In this document: piece by piece, positions 27,067 to 35,757 of the stretch
Numbering within the stretch: position 1 is the first letter of the stretch
Layout: the number at the start of each line of letters is the position of its first letter
Origin: Acutalibacteraceae bacterium
GTDB lineage: Bacteria; Bacillota; Clostridia; Oscillospirales; Acutalibacteraceae
Direction: 5' to 3'
Length of the DNA: 39,866 nt
NCBI GenBank assembly: GCA_045586465.1
Contig: JAZNAI010000253.1
Location: 1 to 39,866, forward strand
Made by a program: the position numbers and the translations under genes
The notes under the pieces: generated by a model
Seen by the model: only the letters and a program-made list of their open reading frames with translations
Told to the model about the DNA's origin: nothing
Database searches by the model: none

Positions 27067-28104
27067 TTATTTTTCATAGTTTTTCCAGCCTTCGGAATAT
27101 GTTTTTGTTCCGTCTTCACTTACCCACATAGCCTCTGCATCAGGCATCTCCTTAATAAGCTTCAAGCCTTCTTCAAGCGGCAGACAGAAAAGCGTTGTAG
27201 AAAGCACGTCGGCAAGTCCCGACTCCGTACATACAACAGAAACCGATAAAAAGCCCTCAGAAGGCATAAGCGTCTCGGGATGGATTATGTGATGATAGGG
27301 CTTTCCGTCAACGTAATAAAAACGCTGATATGAGCCGCTTGTAACGAGAGACTGACCGGAAAGTCCGAGATATGAAAGATAGTCTCCGCCGTCGGGATTT
27401 TCTATTCCCACAGTCCAGGGAGAGCCGTCTCCTTTTGTACCGATGCTGCGGACATTTCCGCCCACGTTCAGCACATACCCCGTAATGCCTCGTTCCTCAA
27501 GGTCTTTTGCTATACACTCAACAGCATAACCTTTTGCAACAGCCCCTACGTCAAGCTTCATTCCGGGGTCTGTCAGAGTAACAGTATTGTTTTCTTCATC
27601 AACAACCATTTTTTCAATATCGCAGTGAAGAGCTGCCTCTTTAAGCTTTTCCATAGGAGGAAGTGATGCTTCTGAAGGGTTATCCTTGCCTATTGTACGG
27701 TAATCATGCCACAAGGACAGAACGCTTCCCATTGCAACGTTCATAACACCGTCTGTCTTATAATACATTTCTTTTGCAAAAAGAAGCATATCAATAATGC
27801 GTCTGTCAACCGTTACGGTGCGATGCTCACCGTCTGTAAGCTCGTTTATGGTGCAAAGATTCTCCATTCCCTCAAATCTGTGATAAATGGAATAAAGGCG
27901 GTGATATTCACCCAAGTCAGACATAATTCCTTCTGCAACCTTATCAAAATCTTCCTGTGATTTTTCATACCCCGTTATTGTCGTAAGGGTATCAAAATAA
28001 TCCATTGTATAGGTTGAAAATTTTTCTTTATTCTCCGTGCAGGCACACAAGCTGCATACCAAAACACAAAGAATCACAGCAATACTTAAAATTCGTTTAA
28101 TCAT
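27067..28104 (-). CDS. apbE: FAD:protein FMN transferase (ApbE/Ftp family) lipoprotein
   Basis: Lipobox 'SLCAC'. ApbE signatures 'MDYFDT', 'DVGAVAKGYAV', 'NVGGNV', 'VTSGSYQR', 'HIIHPETL'. The start is either ATG 28104 or TTG 28110, with no clear SD. Confidence 0.85.
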   Translation of the reverse strand: MIKRILSIAVILCVLVCSLCACTENKEKFSTYTMDYFDTLTTITGYEKSQEDFDKVAEGIMSDLGEYHRLYSIYHRFEGMENLCTINELTDGEHRTVTVDRRIIDMLLFAKEMYYKTDGVMNVAMGSVLSLWHDYRTIGKDNPSEASLPPMEKLKEAALHCDIEKMVVDEENNTVTLTDPGMKLDVGAVAKGYAVECIAKDLEERGITGYVLNVGGNVRSIGTKGDGSPWTVGIENPDGGDYLSYLGLSGQSLVTSGSYQRFYYVDGKPYHHIIHPETLMPSEGFLSVSVVCTESGLADVLSTTLFCLPLEEGLKLIKEMPDAEAMWVSEDGTKTYSEGWKNYEK

Positions 28105-28120
28105 AGTCAATAAAACAAAA

Positions 28121-28142
28121 AGAGAGAGAAAATTCTCTCTCT
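28121..28142 (-). terminator. Intrinsic terminator between the lipoprotein gene and apbE
   Basis: Minus strand reads AGAGAGAGAA-TTTT-CTCTCTCT followed by TTTTTGTTTT. Confidence 0.6.
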
Positions 28143-28164
28143 TCTTTTAATCTGTTGAATTTAC

Positions 28165-29172
28165 TCAGATCTTGGAAGCAGCCTTAACAAAGCCGGAAAC
28201 AATGATTGTGCAGCCTGCAGTCTGAAGGTCTGCTACACCCTTACCGTCTTCAGCAACGAGAGTAGCAATTTCAGAAGCTGTCTTGCCAACGCAAGCAGCG
28301 TCAAAAGCAGCAGCCTGCTCGTTCCATTCCTTTGTTGCACCGCCGTAAGCTACCATACCGTAGTCAGCACCCTGAGTCTTCTTGGAAACAACTTCCTTAG
28401 TTGTGTCAAGAGTAGAAGCGCCGGCTGTTGTGAATGTGAAGGAAACCTCTACACAGTCGGAAGCACAAGCAACAACCTTGCCTTCAGCGTTAACAGCAGC
28501 AGCATAAACATATGTTGCAACCTTGTTTGAGCCATCCTTATCCTCTGTAGCATCTGTGCAGGTCTGCTCTGTAGCAGCTGTAACCTTAAGAGTATCCGCA
28601 GCTGTAACAGCAGATTCAGCAGCAGCATTGTAAGCCTTTTCGATAGCAGCGACGAATTCGTTGATCATAATTGTGCAGCCTGCAGCTACAACTTCATCAT
28701 TACCCTTGTTCTCTTCAGCAACAAGAGCCTTAACCTCGTCAAGAGTCTTGCCTGCAACGAGTGTTTCGAAAGCGTCAGCCTGCTCGAACCATTCCTTTGT
28801 TGCACCGCCGTAAGCTACCATGTTGTAGTCGTTACCAAGCTCGTACTTTGTCTTGAACTCTTCCTTAGCAACAGCCTTACCGTCAGCGGTAAAGTTTACT
28901 GTGTTGCTTGATGTGTCAAGAGCACATGAAACGATCTTGCCTTCTGCGTCAACAGTAACGGCAGCAACGGTTACATCAACCTTACCGGAACCGTCCTTAT
29001 CTTCTGTAGCATCTGTTACAGAAGGAGCAGTAACATATAAGCCTGAACCGAACTTAAGGGTTGTTTCTGTGGGAGCAGTTGTTTCTTCTGTGTTTGTTGT
29101 GTCACCGCAGCCTACGAACATTACGGAAACAGCCATAATGAGACATAATGCAATAACTAAAGCCTTTTTCAT
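28165..29172 (-). CDS. Lipoprotein with two tandem FMN_bind-like repeats (non-canonical AGCT motif)
   Basis: Signal peptide plus 'FVGC' lipobox. Two repeats of about 155 aa each contain 'DATEDKDGS.KV', 'V.AEGK(I/V)V.CA.D', 'MVAYGGATKEW.EQA.AF', 'GKT..E(V/I)..LVAE' and 'AGCTI'. GGAGG RBS. Confidence 0.6.
   Translation of the reverse strand: MKKALVIALCLIMAVSVMFVGCGDTTNTEETTAPTETTLKFGSGLYVTAPSVTDATEDKDGSGKVDVTVAAVTVDAEGKIVSCALDTSSNTVNFTADGKAVAKEEFKTKYELGNDYNMVAYGGATKEWFEQADAFETLVAGKTLDEVKALVAEENKGNDEVVAAGCTIMINEFVAAIEKAYNAAAESAVTAADTLKVTAATEQTCTDATEDKDGSNKVATYVYAAAVNAEGKVVACASDCVEVSFTFTTAGASTLDTTKEVVSKKTQGADYGMVAYGGATKEWNEQAAAFDAACVGKTASEIATLVAEDGKGVADLQTAGCTIIVSGFVKAASKI
28205..28821 (-). repeat. 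Internal gene duplication with a 465-nt period, preserved at nucleotide level over the motif-coding segments
   Basis: attgtgcagcctgcag occurs at 28205-28220 and 28670-28685. The 33-mer ccattcctttgttgcaccgccgtaagctaccat occurs at 28324-28356 and 28789-28821. Both pairs are exactly 465 nt (155 codons) apart. Confidence 0.85.
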
Positions 29173-29207
29173 TTGTAAATTCCTCCGTTTATTTTTTAAC
29201 CGTGCAG

Positions 29208-29236
29208 ATATTACTATATATTAATAAAATTGTCAA
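29208..29236 (-). promoter_or_regulatory. Strong candidate promoter of the lipoprotein gene
   Basis: Minus strand reads consensus TTGACA (29236-29231), 17-nt spacer, TAATAT (29213-29208), about 35 nt upstream of the ATG at 29172. Confidence 0.55.
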
Positions 29237-29291
29237 GCATTATTAAAAAAATTCATAATTTATTCTAAAATAGTTGCAAATTACAGAATAT

Positions 29292-29795
29292 TCATATTAA
29301 TTTGTCCGGAATACGCTTAATAAGCAAGGCTCCGCAAAGCCCTATAAATACACCTGCAACAGTTCCCGTAACAGCGAGAACCGCAAGATAATAACCAAGC
29401 TCTGATGTTTCCAGAAGAAGTGCAGCCATTATAATCTGTCCGATGTTATGAGCAACTCCGCCTGCCACACTTACTCCCACAGGAGAAAGGAAATTGAGCT
29501 TTCGGAGAATTATCATCACAAGAAGACTCAGCACACCGCCCGCAAGACTGTACATAAGTGCCATCATATTGCCGAAAAGCATACTCACAAGCAGAATTCT
29601 TACAAGAGAAACAATTCCCGCAAATACCGGACCTTTTCTGTAAAGGAGAAACACAATTATAATATTGGGAAGCCCCATTTTAATTCCCGGAAGTGATGTA
29701 AATAAAGGAGGAATCAGAACTTCTATGTAAGCGAATATCAATGCGAGTGCAACACATATACCGCCGAAGGCAACGGTTTTTGATTTCTTTTTCAC
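29292..29795 (-). CDS. Gx transporter family membrane protein (PF07456; historically mis-named heptaprenyl diphosphate synthase component I)
   Basis: 'VAFGGICVALALIFAYIEVLIP...PGIKMGLPNIIIVFLLY' and about 5 TM helices. GTG start with GGAGG 6 nt upstream. Confidence 0.65.
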   Translation of the reverse strand: MKKKSKTVAFGGICVALALIFAYIEVLIPPLFTSLPGIKMGLPNIIIVFLLYRKGPVFAGIVSLVRILLVSMLFGNMMALMYSLAGGVLSLLVMIILRKLNFLSPVGVSVAGGVAHNIGQIIMAALLLETSELGYYLAVLAVTGTVAGVFIGLCGALLIKRIPDKLI

Positions 29796-29805
29796 GCAAG
29801 ACCTC

Positions 29806-30207
29806 CTATATAATCACATCCGGGCCGTCCGTGCCGGCATCCCGGGTAACGGTAATTACAACACGGTTCGGAAGACATACGATGCTTTCACCGTCACGGA
29901 AAATACTCTTATGAGATACACATATTCCGTCGGGACAGGTAGCAGTTTCCATAAATGCCTTACCGTCCTTAATTACGAAACGGTTGTGATTCTCATTGTT
30001 GTCCCCGGAATAAATATCTTCGCATATATCCCGGGAAAGCGAATAAACTCCGTACACTTCCCCGTCAACCGTTACCGTAACAGAGTCCCCCGGACTGCGG
30101 AAAAAATTAAGATAAATAAGACCGATAACCGCCGCAAGAATTACGGCGGTAATCAGAATAATATCGTTCCTTAAGTTGTGATTTTTTTTATTTTCCCTGC
30201 TATTCAT
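29806..30207 (-). CDS. NusG domain II-containing membrane-anchored protein
   Basis: TM anchor, then 'VTVTVDGEVYGVYSL...RFVIKDGKAFMETATCPDGICVSHKSI...GESIVCLPNRVVITV' (NusG_II pattern with CPD.ICV...CLPN). The start is set at ATG 30207, 1 nt after the rnfB TGA. The longer track ORF overlaps rnfB. Confidence 0.7.
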   Translation of the reverse strand: MNSRENKKNHNLRNDIILITAVILAAVIGLIYLNFFRSPGDSVTVTVDGEVYGVYSLSRDICEDIYSGDNNENHNRFVIKDGKAFMETATCPDGICVSHKSIFRDGESIVCLPNRVVITVTRDAGTDGPDVII

Positions 30208-30208
30208 A

Positions 30209-31042
30209 TCAACTGAGCAGATCCTCACTGCTGACATCAGCAGGAATATCGGGGAAGAATGCCGTTTTGAGACAGCCCGTGGGACATTCCTTGACACAGG
30301 CTTCACAGTGAACACACTTTTCATAATCAATAACTGCACAGTTATCAATTACCTTTACAGCACCGTGAGGACAAGCCTTTTCGCACTTTTTACAGCCGAT
30401 ACAGGCATTTTTGCAAGCCTTCTTGGCATCAGCACCCTTCTGCTTGTTGCTGCACATTACAACAGTAGCAGTTTCCTGAGGAATCATATTGATAATTCCC
30501 TTGGGACAGGTTCTTGTGCAAAGACCGCAGCCGAGACAGCGTGCAGTATTAATATGAGCAATACCGTCCTTAATGCATATAGCCTTTGCAGGACAAGCAG
30601 CCGCACAATCGCCAAAACCGAGACAACCGAAACGGCAGGAATTATTACCGCCGTAAATCATTGCTGCGGCATAGCAGGAGCTTACACCCTCGTACTCTGC
30701 AATCTTGGAGGTTGCATCGCAGTTACCGTTGCAGGAAACAAATGCAACAACGTCCTTGAAGGGCTCAGCTTCAACACCGAGAATACCGCCGATTTCATCA
30801 GCAACACTCTGAGCGCCGGGAATACAGAGATTGGGAGCAACACCGCCCTCTGCAAGAGCAGCGGCATAGTCATCACAGCCCTTATATCCGCAGGCACCGC
30901 AGTTGATACCGGGAAGACAGGCACGGATTTCACCCTTAAGAGGATTCTCGGGTACAGAGAAGAAATGAGAAAATACGGTAATAAGAATACCTGCAACGAG
31001 GGCAACGCCTAACATTACGAGAAATGCAATTAAAATATCCAT
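30209..31042 (-). CDS. rnfB: Rnf electron-transport complex subunit B (polyferredoxin)
   Basis: N-terminal TM, then 'CLPGINCGACGYKGCDDYAAAL' and four CxxCxxCxxxCP ferredoxin motifs. Confidence 0.85.
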   Translation of the reverse strand: MDILIAFLVMLGVALVAGILITVFSHFFSVPENPLKGEIRACLPGINCGACGYKGCDDYAAALAEGGVAPNLCIPGAQSVADEIGGILGVEAEPFKDVVAFVSCNGNCDATSKIAEYEGVSSCYAAAMIYGGNNSCRFGCLGFGDCAAACPAKAICIKDGIAHINTARCLGCGLCTRTCPKGIINMIPQETATVVMCSNKQKGADAKKACKNACIGCKKCEKACPHGAVKVIDNCAVIDYEKCVHCEACVKECPTGCLKTAFFPDIPADVSSEDLLS

Positions 31043-31057
31043 CGTCCGTCCCCCTTA

Positions 31058-31657
31058 TCAAGCAAATATATTTTCAACAATACCGCTGAATCCCATAAAT
31101 GCAAGGGATATAAAGGAAGCAGCAATGAGAGTAACGGCAAGACCGCGGAAGGGTGCAGGTACCTTTGTATCGTCAATTCTTGAACGTATTCCGGAGAAAA
31201 GCACCATTGCAAGCAGGAAGCCGAGTCCGCAGCCCAGAGAGCTTACCATTGATTCAATAAAGCTGTAGCCGTCAATTATATTATTGATTGTAACACCGAG
31301 CACTGCACAGTTTGTTGTGATAAGAGGAAGGTAAACACCGAGTCCCTTATAAAGTGAAGGAGAGAACTTTTTAAGAACAAGCTCGAGAATCTGAACGAGA
31401 GTTGCAATTATAAGAATAAACGCAATATTCTGAAGATAACCGAGACCCAGAGTATCAAGAACGAATTTCTGAATGGGCCAGGTTGCAGCAGTTGCAAGAA
31501 GCATAACAACCGTTACGGCAACACCCATTCCTACTGCCTGATCGATTTTCTTGGAAACACCGAGGAAGGGACAGATACCTAAGAATCTGCTGAGAACATA
31601 GTTATCAACAAGCACGGATGAAAGAAGTATAATAATTAAAATCTTGAAGCTTTCCAT
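31058..31657 (-). CDS. rnfA: Rnf complex subunit A
   Basis: 'VLVDNYVLSRFLGICPFLGVSKK' and 'LPLITTNCAVLG' are canonical RnfA/NqrE motifs. Confidence 0.9.
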   Translation of the reverse strand: MESFKILIIILLSSVLVDNYVLSRFLGICPFLGVSKKIDQAVGMGVAVTVVMLLATAATWPIQKFVLDTLGLGYLQNIAFILIIATLVQILELVLKKFSPSLYKGLGVYLPLITTNCAVLGVTINNIIDGYSFIESMVSSLGCGLGFLLAMVLFSGIRSRIDDTKVPAPFRGLAVTLIAASFISLAFMGFSGIVENIFA

Positions 31658-32346
31658 CAGTTCTCATCTCCTTTCTCAGAGCAATTTCCGCCCTGACAAT
31701 TTGCCGCATTGGGACAGCCCTCACAAGAAAATGACTTTTTAAGAGGAGCTCTTCCGTGAGTAACGGCATAAATAAATGCAATAAGAAGTCCGTATACAAG
31801 AAGTCCGCCGGGTGCCTTTGTGAAAAATTCGATTTTGTAATTCTGAAGGAAGGGAATTTCAATTCCGAAGAATGAGCCTGCACCGAATACCTCACGGATT
31901 GTTGACATCATAGTAAGTGCAAGGGTAAAGCCGAGTCCCATACCGATACCGTCAAGAGCGGATGCAACAACACGGTTCTTGTTAGCAAACATTTCGGCAC
32001 GTCCGAGAATTATACAGTTAACGGTGATAAGGTCAAGATAAACACCGAGAGTCTCGTATAATTCGGGAAGATATGCCTGAACAAGCATTTTTACAATTGT
32101 AACGAAGCCTGCGATAATAACGATATAACAGGGAATTCGCATTGATTCGGGGATTTTCTTACGAAGAAGAGATATGAATACGTTTGAACAGATGAGAACA
32201 GCCATAGCTGCAAGTCCCATACCGACAGCACCCTTGACGCTGGTTGTTGTTGCAAGTGTGGGACAGGTGCCGAGAATGAGCACCAATACGGGATTTTCCT
32301 TCAGTATGCCGTTAAGCAGTACTGACATAGAGGATTTTTCTTTCAT
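31657..32346 (-). CDS. rnfE: Rnf complex subunit E, with a Cys-rich C-terminal tail
   Basis: 'LKENPVLVLILGTCPTLATTTS' and 'LITVNCIILGRAE' are RnfE/NqrD motifs. Extra tail 'SCEGCPNAANCQGGNCSEKGDEN'. Confidence 0.9.
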   Translation of the reverse strand: MKEKSSMSVLLNGILKENPVLVLILGTCPTLATTTSVKGAVGMGLAAMAVLICSNVFISLLRKKIPESMRIPCYIVIIAGFVTIVKMLVQAYLPELYETLGVYLDLITVNCIILGRAEMFANKNRVVASALDGIGMGLGFTLALTMMSTIREVFGAGSFFGIEIPFLQNYKIEFFTKAPGGLLVYGLLIAFIYAVTHGRAPLKKSFSCEGCPNAANCQGGNCSEKGDEN

Positions 32347-33524
32347 TATCGGGCACCTCCGTTCATAGTAGTGATTGCATTGAATGCACGCTCAATAGCC
32401 TGAGTGTAACCGTTTGTTGTTAAGGTTGCACCGCTTATAGCATCAATTTCCTTGTAGTTTTCGTCTGTTTTTCCTACAAACTGACTGTAGAAGCTTTCGT
32501 CTGCACAGGCGTCACCCAGTCCGTCGGTTTCAGCTTCGGAAACAGTAAGACAGTCAATAATTCTGAAATCGGGTGTTACGGAAACACGTACAATAATATA
32601 TTCGCCCGAAGCGGGATGGTATTCATCGCCGCCCTTAATACCGTAGCCTGCACCCTTTGTTTCAAGCACGAAGTTTCCGGAAGCGGTCTTCTTAGCAGAA
32701 ACTACAGTCTTTTCAAGACCTTCATAAGCAGAAATGTCAATATCCTCGAGTGTGCTTGCCTTGATTGCAGCAACAGCATCGCTATAAAGAGCCGTATCGG
32801 CAACGCCGTCGGTAACTACCGTACCGTCAGCATTCACACCGATGAACTGTTCACCGGAAACAAAAACATAGCCTGCCTTGTTTGTTGCTTCGTAAACTGC
32901 GTCAACACCTTCAATGAGTTCTACCATAAAGAGCTTTTCGAATGCCTTTTCACCTGCAGGGAATGCAGCATCCAGGTTATCTGCAAGAATTTCTTCCTCT
33001 GTACGGATATCAACAGAACCGCCGCCGAGGATAATTGCTGCATTAAGAGCATCCTTTACCGCATTCTTGTATGCCTCGGTAGTCTTTGTAGCACCCGAAA
33101 TAGTATCAACTGCTTCAACACCTGCGGCATCCTTATCGGTAAAGTTTTCACCGTAAGTTTTTTCTTTACTAAGGGTTTCATTAGAAGAAAGACATACGGC
33201 ACCTGTTACAACACCGTCTGAGCTTACGCCGCACATAATAACGAAATCTGAGCCGTAGCCTGCGGTAGTGAGCTTTACAACGTAACCGAGCCCCGATGTT
33301 TCTTTGTGTACTTCAGTTACTGTTGCAGGCAATGAAAAAGTGCTGATATCAGCTGTTTCAAAGCCCTTGCCCTCGGGCATTACCTCTAAAAGTGCAGCAT
33401 TGGCAGCCGCATTCTGATTTTCGGCAATAACGGGAGCAGTAATAAAGTTTGTAGCTGCAAGAAGTACGGTGATAACCGAGCAGATGCAGACAAAAACAGC
33501 AAGATTCTTAATGTAAGTTTTCAT
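32346..33524 (-). CDS. rnfG: Rnf complex subunit G with two FMN-binding domains (392 aa)
   Basis: N-terminal anchor. Two FMN_bind units end in 'VDTISGATKTTEAYKNAV' (T146) and 'IDAISGATLTTNGYTQAI' (T367). Confidence 0.8.
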   Translation of the reverse strand: MKTYIKNLAVFVCICSVITVLLAATNFITAPVIAENQNAAANAALLEVMPEGKGFETADISTFSLPATVTEVHKETSGLGYVVKLTTAGYGSDFVIMCGVSSDGVVTGAVCLSSNETLSKEKTYGENFTDKDAAGVEAVDTISGATKTTEAYKNAVKDALNAAIILGGGSVDIRTEEEILADNLDAAFPAGEKAFEKLFMVELIEGVDAVYEATNKAGYVFVSGEQFIGVNADGTVVTDGVADTALYSDAVAAIKASTLEDIDISAYEGLEKTVVSAKKTASGNFVLETKGAGYGIKGGDEYHPASGEYIIVRVSVTPDFRIIDCLTVSEAETDGLGDACADESFYSQFVGKTDENYKEIDAISGATLTTNGYTQAIERAFNAITTMNGGAR

Positions 33525-34441
33525 TCTTTATCTCCTCCTGCCGTAAATACCTTACGCTTTGTCCACTTGCAGATGTAAGGATTAAGTATGTTCATAAACA
33601 GAATTGCAAAGGAAACACCTTCGGGATAAGTTCCGAAATATCTGATAAGGCAGGTAAGAAGACCTGCGCCGAGGCCGAAGATAACCTTGCCCCAGGGGGT
33701 GTAGGGAGATGTTGTGTAATCTGTTGCCATAAAGATAGCACCGATAAATACACCGCCCGACATAAGAAGGGAAAGAGCACTTACGGCATCAAAGCCTTCC
33801 ATAAACAATGAGAAGAGGAATACCGTTCCGAGGAAAACGACGGGAATCTGCCAGGAAATAACACGTCTTACGAGAAGATAAACTCCGCCGATAAGTAAAG
33901 CTGCAACGCAGGTTTCACCTATAGCACCGCCGTGTCTGCCAAGGAACAAATCAAGAAGCCCGGGCATTTCTTCTGCTGAAAGAGGAGTAGCAGAAGAAAC
34001 GGAATCTACGGGGAATGAAGGCACAGCCATTGAGCCGAAGGCAACAAGCATAAACACACGTGCCGTAATTGCAGGGTTTACGAGGTTTGCACCGATTCCG
34101 CCGAAGAGGCATTTTACAACTATTATTGCAAAAAGTGAACCGACAGCGCACTGCCAGAGCGGAACGTCAACAGGAAGATTAAGAGCAAGAAGAAGACCCG
34201 TAACTGCAGCGGATAAATCCCCTACCGTCTGCTCCTTCTTTACAATAAGATTAAAAATTGCTTCAAATCCGACAGAGCAAGCAATACACACTGCAATTAC
34301 AAGAAGTGCACGCCAGCCGAATATTACCGTACCTGCAATAGTTGCGGGAAGTAATGCAATCAGAACGTCGCCCATAATACCGGAAGTGGATTTTCCGCTG
34401 TGAATATGGGGAGAAATCATTAATTTTGTAAGAGCACTCAT
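33521..34441 (-). CDS. rnfD: Rnf complex subunit D
   Basis: 'SPHIHS', polytopic, with a flavinylation-site region 'DSVSSATPLS' (T152). Confidence 0.9.
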   Translation of the reverse strand: MSALTKLMISPHIHSGKSTSGIMGDVLIALLPATIAGTVIFGWRALLVIAVCIACSVGFEAIFNLIVKKEQTVGDLSAAVTGLLLALNLPVDVPLWQCAVGSLFAIIVVKCLFGGIGANLVNPAITARVFMLVAFGSMAVPSFPVDSVSSATPLSAEEMPGLLDLFLGRHGGAIGETCVAALLIGGVYLLVRRVISWQIPVVFLGTVFLFSLFMEGFDAVSALSLLMSGGVFIGAIFMATDYTTSPYTPWGKVIFGLGAGLLTCLIRYFGTYPEGVSFAILFMNILNPYICKWTKRKVFTAGGDKE

Positions 34442-35757
34442 TATTTGCTTCCCTCCTTTGCTGCGTTATCCGCTAATAATTTTTTAGAGAGCTTGTTAAT
34501 CTGCACAAGAGGACGGTTTGCAGGACATACAAAGCTGCAGCAGCCGCATTCCATACAGGACTGAACGGAAAGAGCCTTTAATTCGTCCGTGTCCTCCTTT
34601 GAATAAGCCTCTGCTATATTTACGGGTGCAAGGCTGAAGGGACATGTGTTTACACAGGCACCGCAACGGATACAGGCTGTGGTTTTGGGAAGCTTTGCTT
34701 CCTTTTCTGAAAGAGCAAGAACTGCATTTGTGTTCTTAAGCACGGGAACATCGGCATTGGGAACGGTAATACCCATCATAGGACCGCCGTAAATGATTTT
34801 TGCAGGATCCTCTTTAAGACCGCCGCAGAAATCAAACAGTACATTAACGGGAGTACCTATGGGAGCTATCACGTTCTGAGGCTTCGTAACAGCTGCACCG
34901 TCCACAGTTACAAGCTTTTCCGTAAGAGGCATACCCGTTTTAAGGAAAGAACCTATCTGTGCAACAGTTGTGCTGTTAAGAACAATACATCCTACATCAA
35001 TAGGCAGCTTGTTTGCGGCAATCTTTCTGCCCGTGGTATGGTAAACCATAACCTTTTCTCCGCCCTGAGGGTACTTATCGGGAAGAACGCTTACCTTTAC
35101 TTCAAGCTCAGTAAGTGATGAAGCAAGAGACTGCATTGCAGAAACTACCTTTTTGTTGCCCTTTTCAACACCGATAATAACCTTTTTTACACCGAGGTAC
35201 TTATTGATAGCCTTAAGAGCCGCTGCCATATCATCGGCACGTGTCAGCATATTTACTGAGTCACTTGTAACGTAAGGCTCACATTCAGCACCGTTTACTA
35301 TAAGATATTCTATTTTTTCCGTGGGAACATCAAGTTTTACGTGTGTGGGGAAGCCTGCACCGCCAAGGCCCACTATACCGCTTTTCTTAACGGCCTCAAT
35401 AAAGCTGTCTCTGTCGCTGATAACGGGAGGAGCCACAGCTTCATCAACGGCATTTTCGCCGTCTGCCTCAATTATGACAGCAGTCGTGGTTTTGCCTGTG
35501 GCAAGAAGATAGTCCGTAAGCTTTGTAACCTTACCTGATATGCTCGCATAGATATCAGATGAAACTTTACCGTCAGCTTCACCTATTTTTGTTCCGATTT
35601 TAACCATATCTCCAACCTTTACAACAGGAGTTGCAGGCTTACCGATATGCATTGACATCGGAATTATTACAGTCTTCACGTCAGAAAGACGCTCAACGGG
35701 ACTGTCTTTGGTACCTTTTCTGTGGGGCGTGTGTATTCCGAGAAGATAAGAACCCAT
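34441..35757 (-). CDS. rnfC: Rnf complex subunit C (NADH/FMN/Fe-S binding)
   Basis: 'GIVGLGGAGFPTHVK', 'IVNGAECEPY', two 4Fe-4S motifs 'CIRCGACVNTCP' and 'CMECGCCSFVCP'. The start is either ATG 35757 (GAAAGG upstream) or ATG 35778. Confidence 0.85.
   Translation of the reverse strand: MGSYLLGIHTPHRKGTKDSPVERLSDVKTVIIPMSMHIGKPATPVVKVGDMVKIGTKIGEADGKVSSDIYASISGKVTKLTDYLLATGKTTTAVIIEADGENAVDEAVAPPVISDRDSFIEAVKKSGIVGLGGAGFPTHVKLDVPTEKIEYLIVNGAECEPYVTSDSVNMLTRADDMAAALKAINKYLGVKKVIIGVEKGNKKVVSAMQSLASSLTELEVKVSVLPDKYPQGGEKVMVYHTTGRKIAANKLPIDVGCIVLNSTTVAQIGSFLKTGMPLTEKLVTVDGAAVTKPQNVIAPIGTPVNVLFDFCGGLKEDPAKIIYGGPMMGITVPNADVPVLKNTNAVLALSEKEAKLPKTTACIRCGACVNTCPFSLAPVNIAEAYSKEDTDELKALSVQSCMECGCCSFVCPANRPLVQINKLSKKLLADNAAKEGSK

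Noticed and set aside
29292-29795. Reading the Gx-family gene as heptaprenyl diphosphate synthase component I (isoprenoid/menaquinone biosynthesis)
   Set aside because: The protein is a small polytopic membrane protein with no prenyltransferase motifs and no component II/ubiE/menA neighbours. The historical name is widely regarded as a mis-annotation.
30308-31012. 234-aa plus-strand ORF, with a 107-aa ORF at 30682-31005 also overlapping rnfB
   Set aside because: The 234-aa ORF lies antisense to rnfB, and the 107-aa one is an alternative minus-strand frame inside rnfB. rnfB has unmistakable ferredoxin motifs. The products are low-complexity (Cys/Thr/Ala-rich, or Leu/Pro/Val/Ser-rich for the alternative frame), and neither has an RBS.
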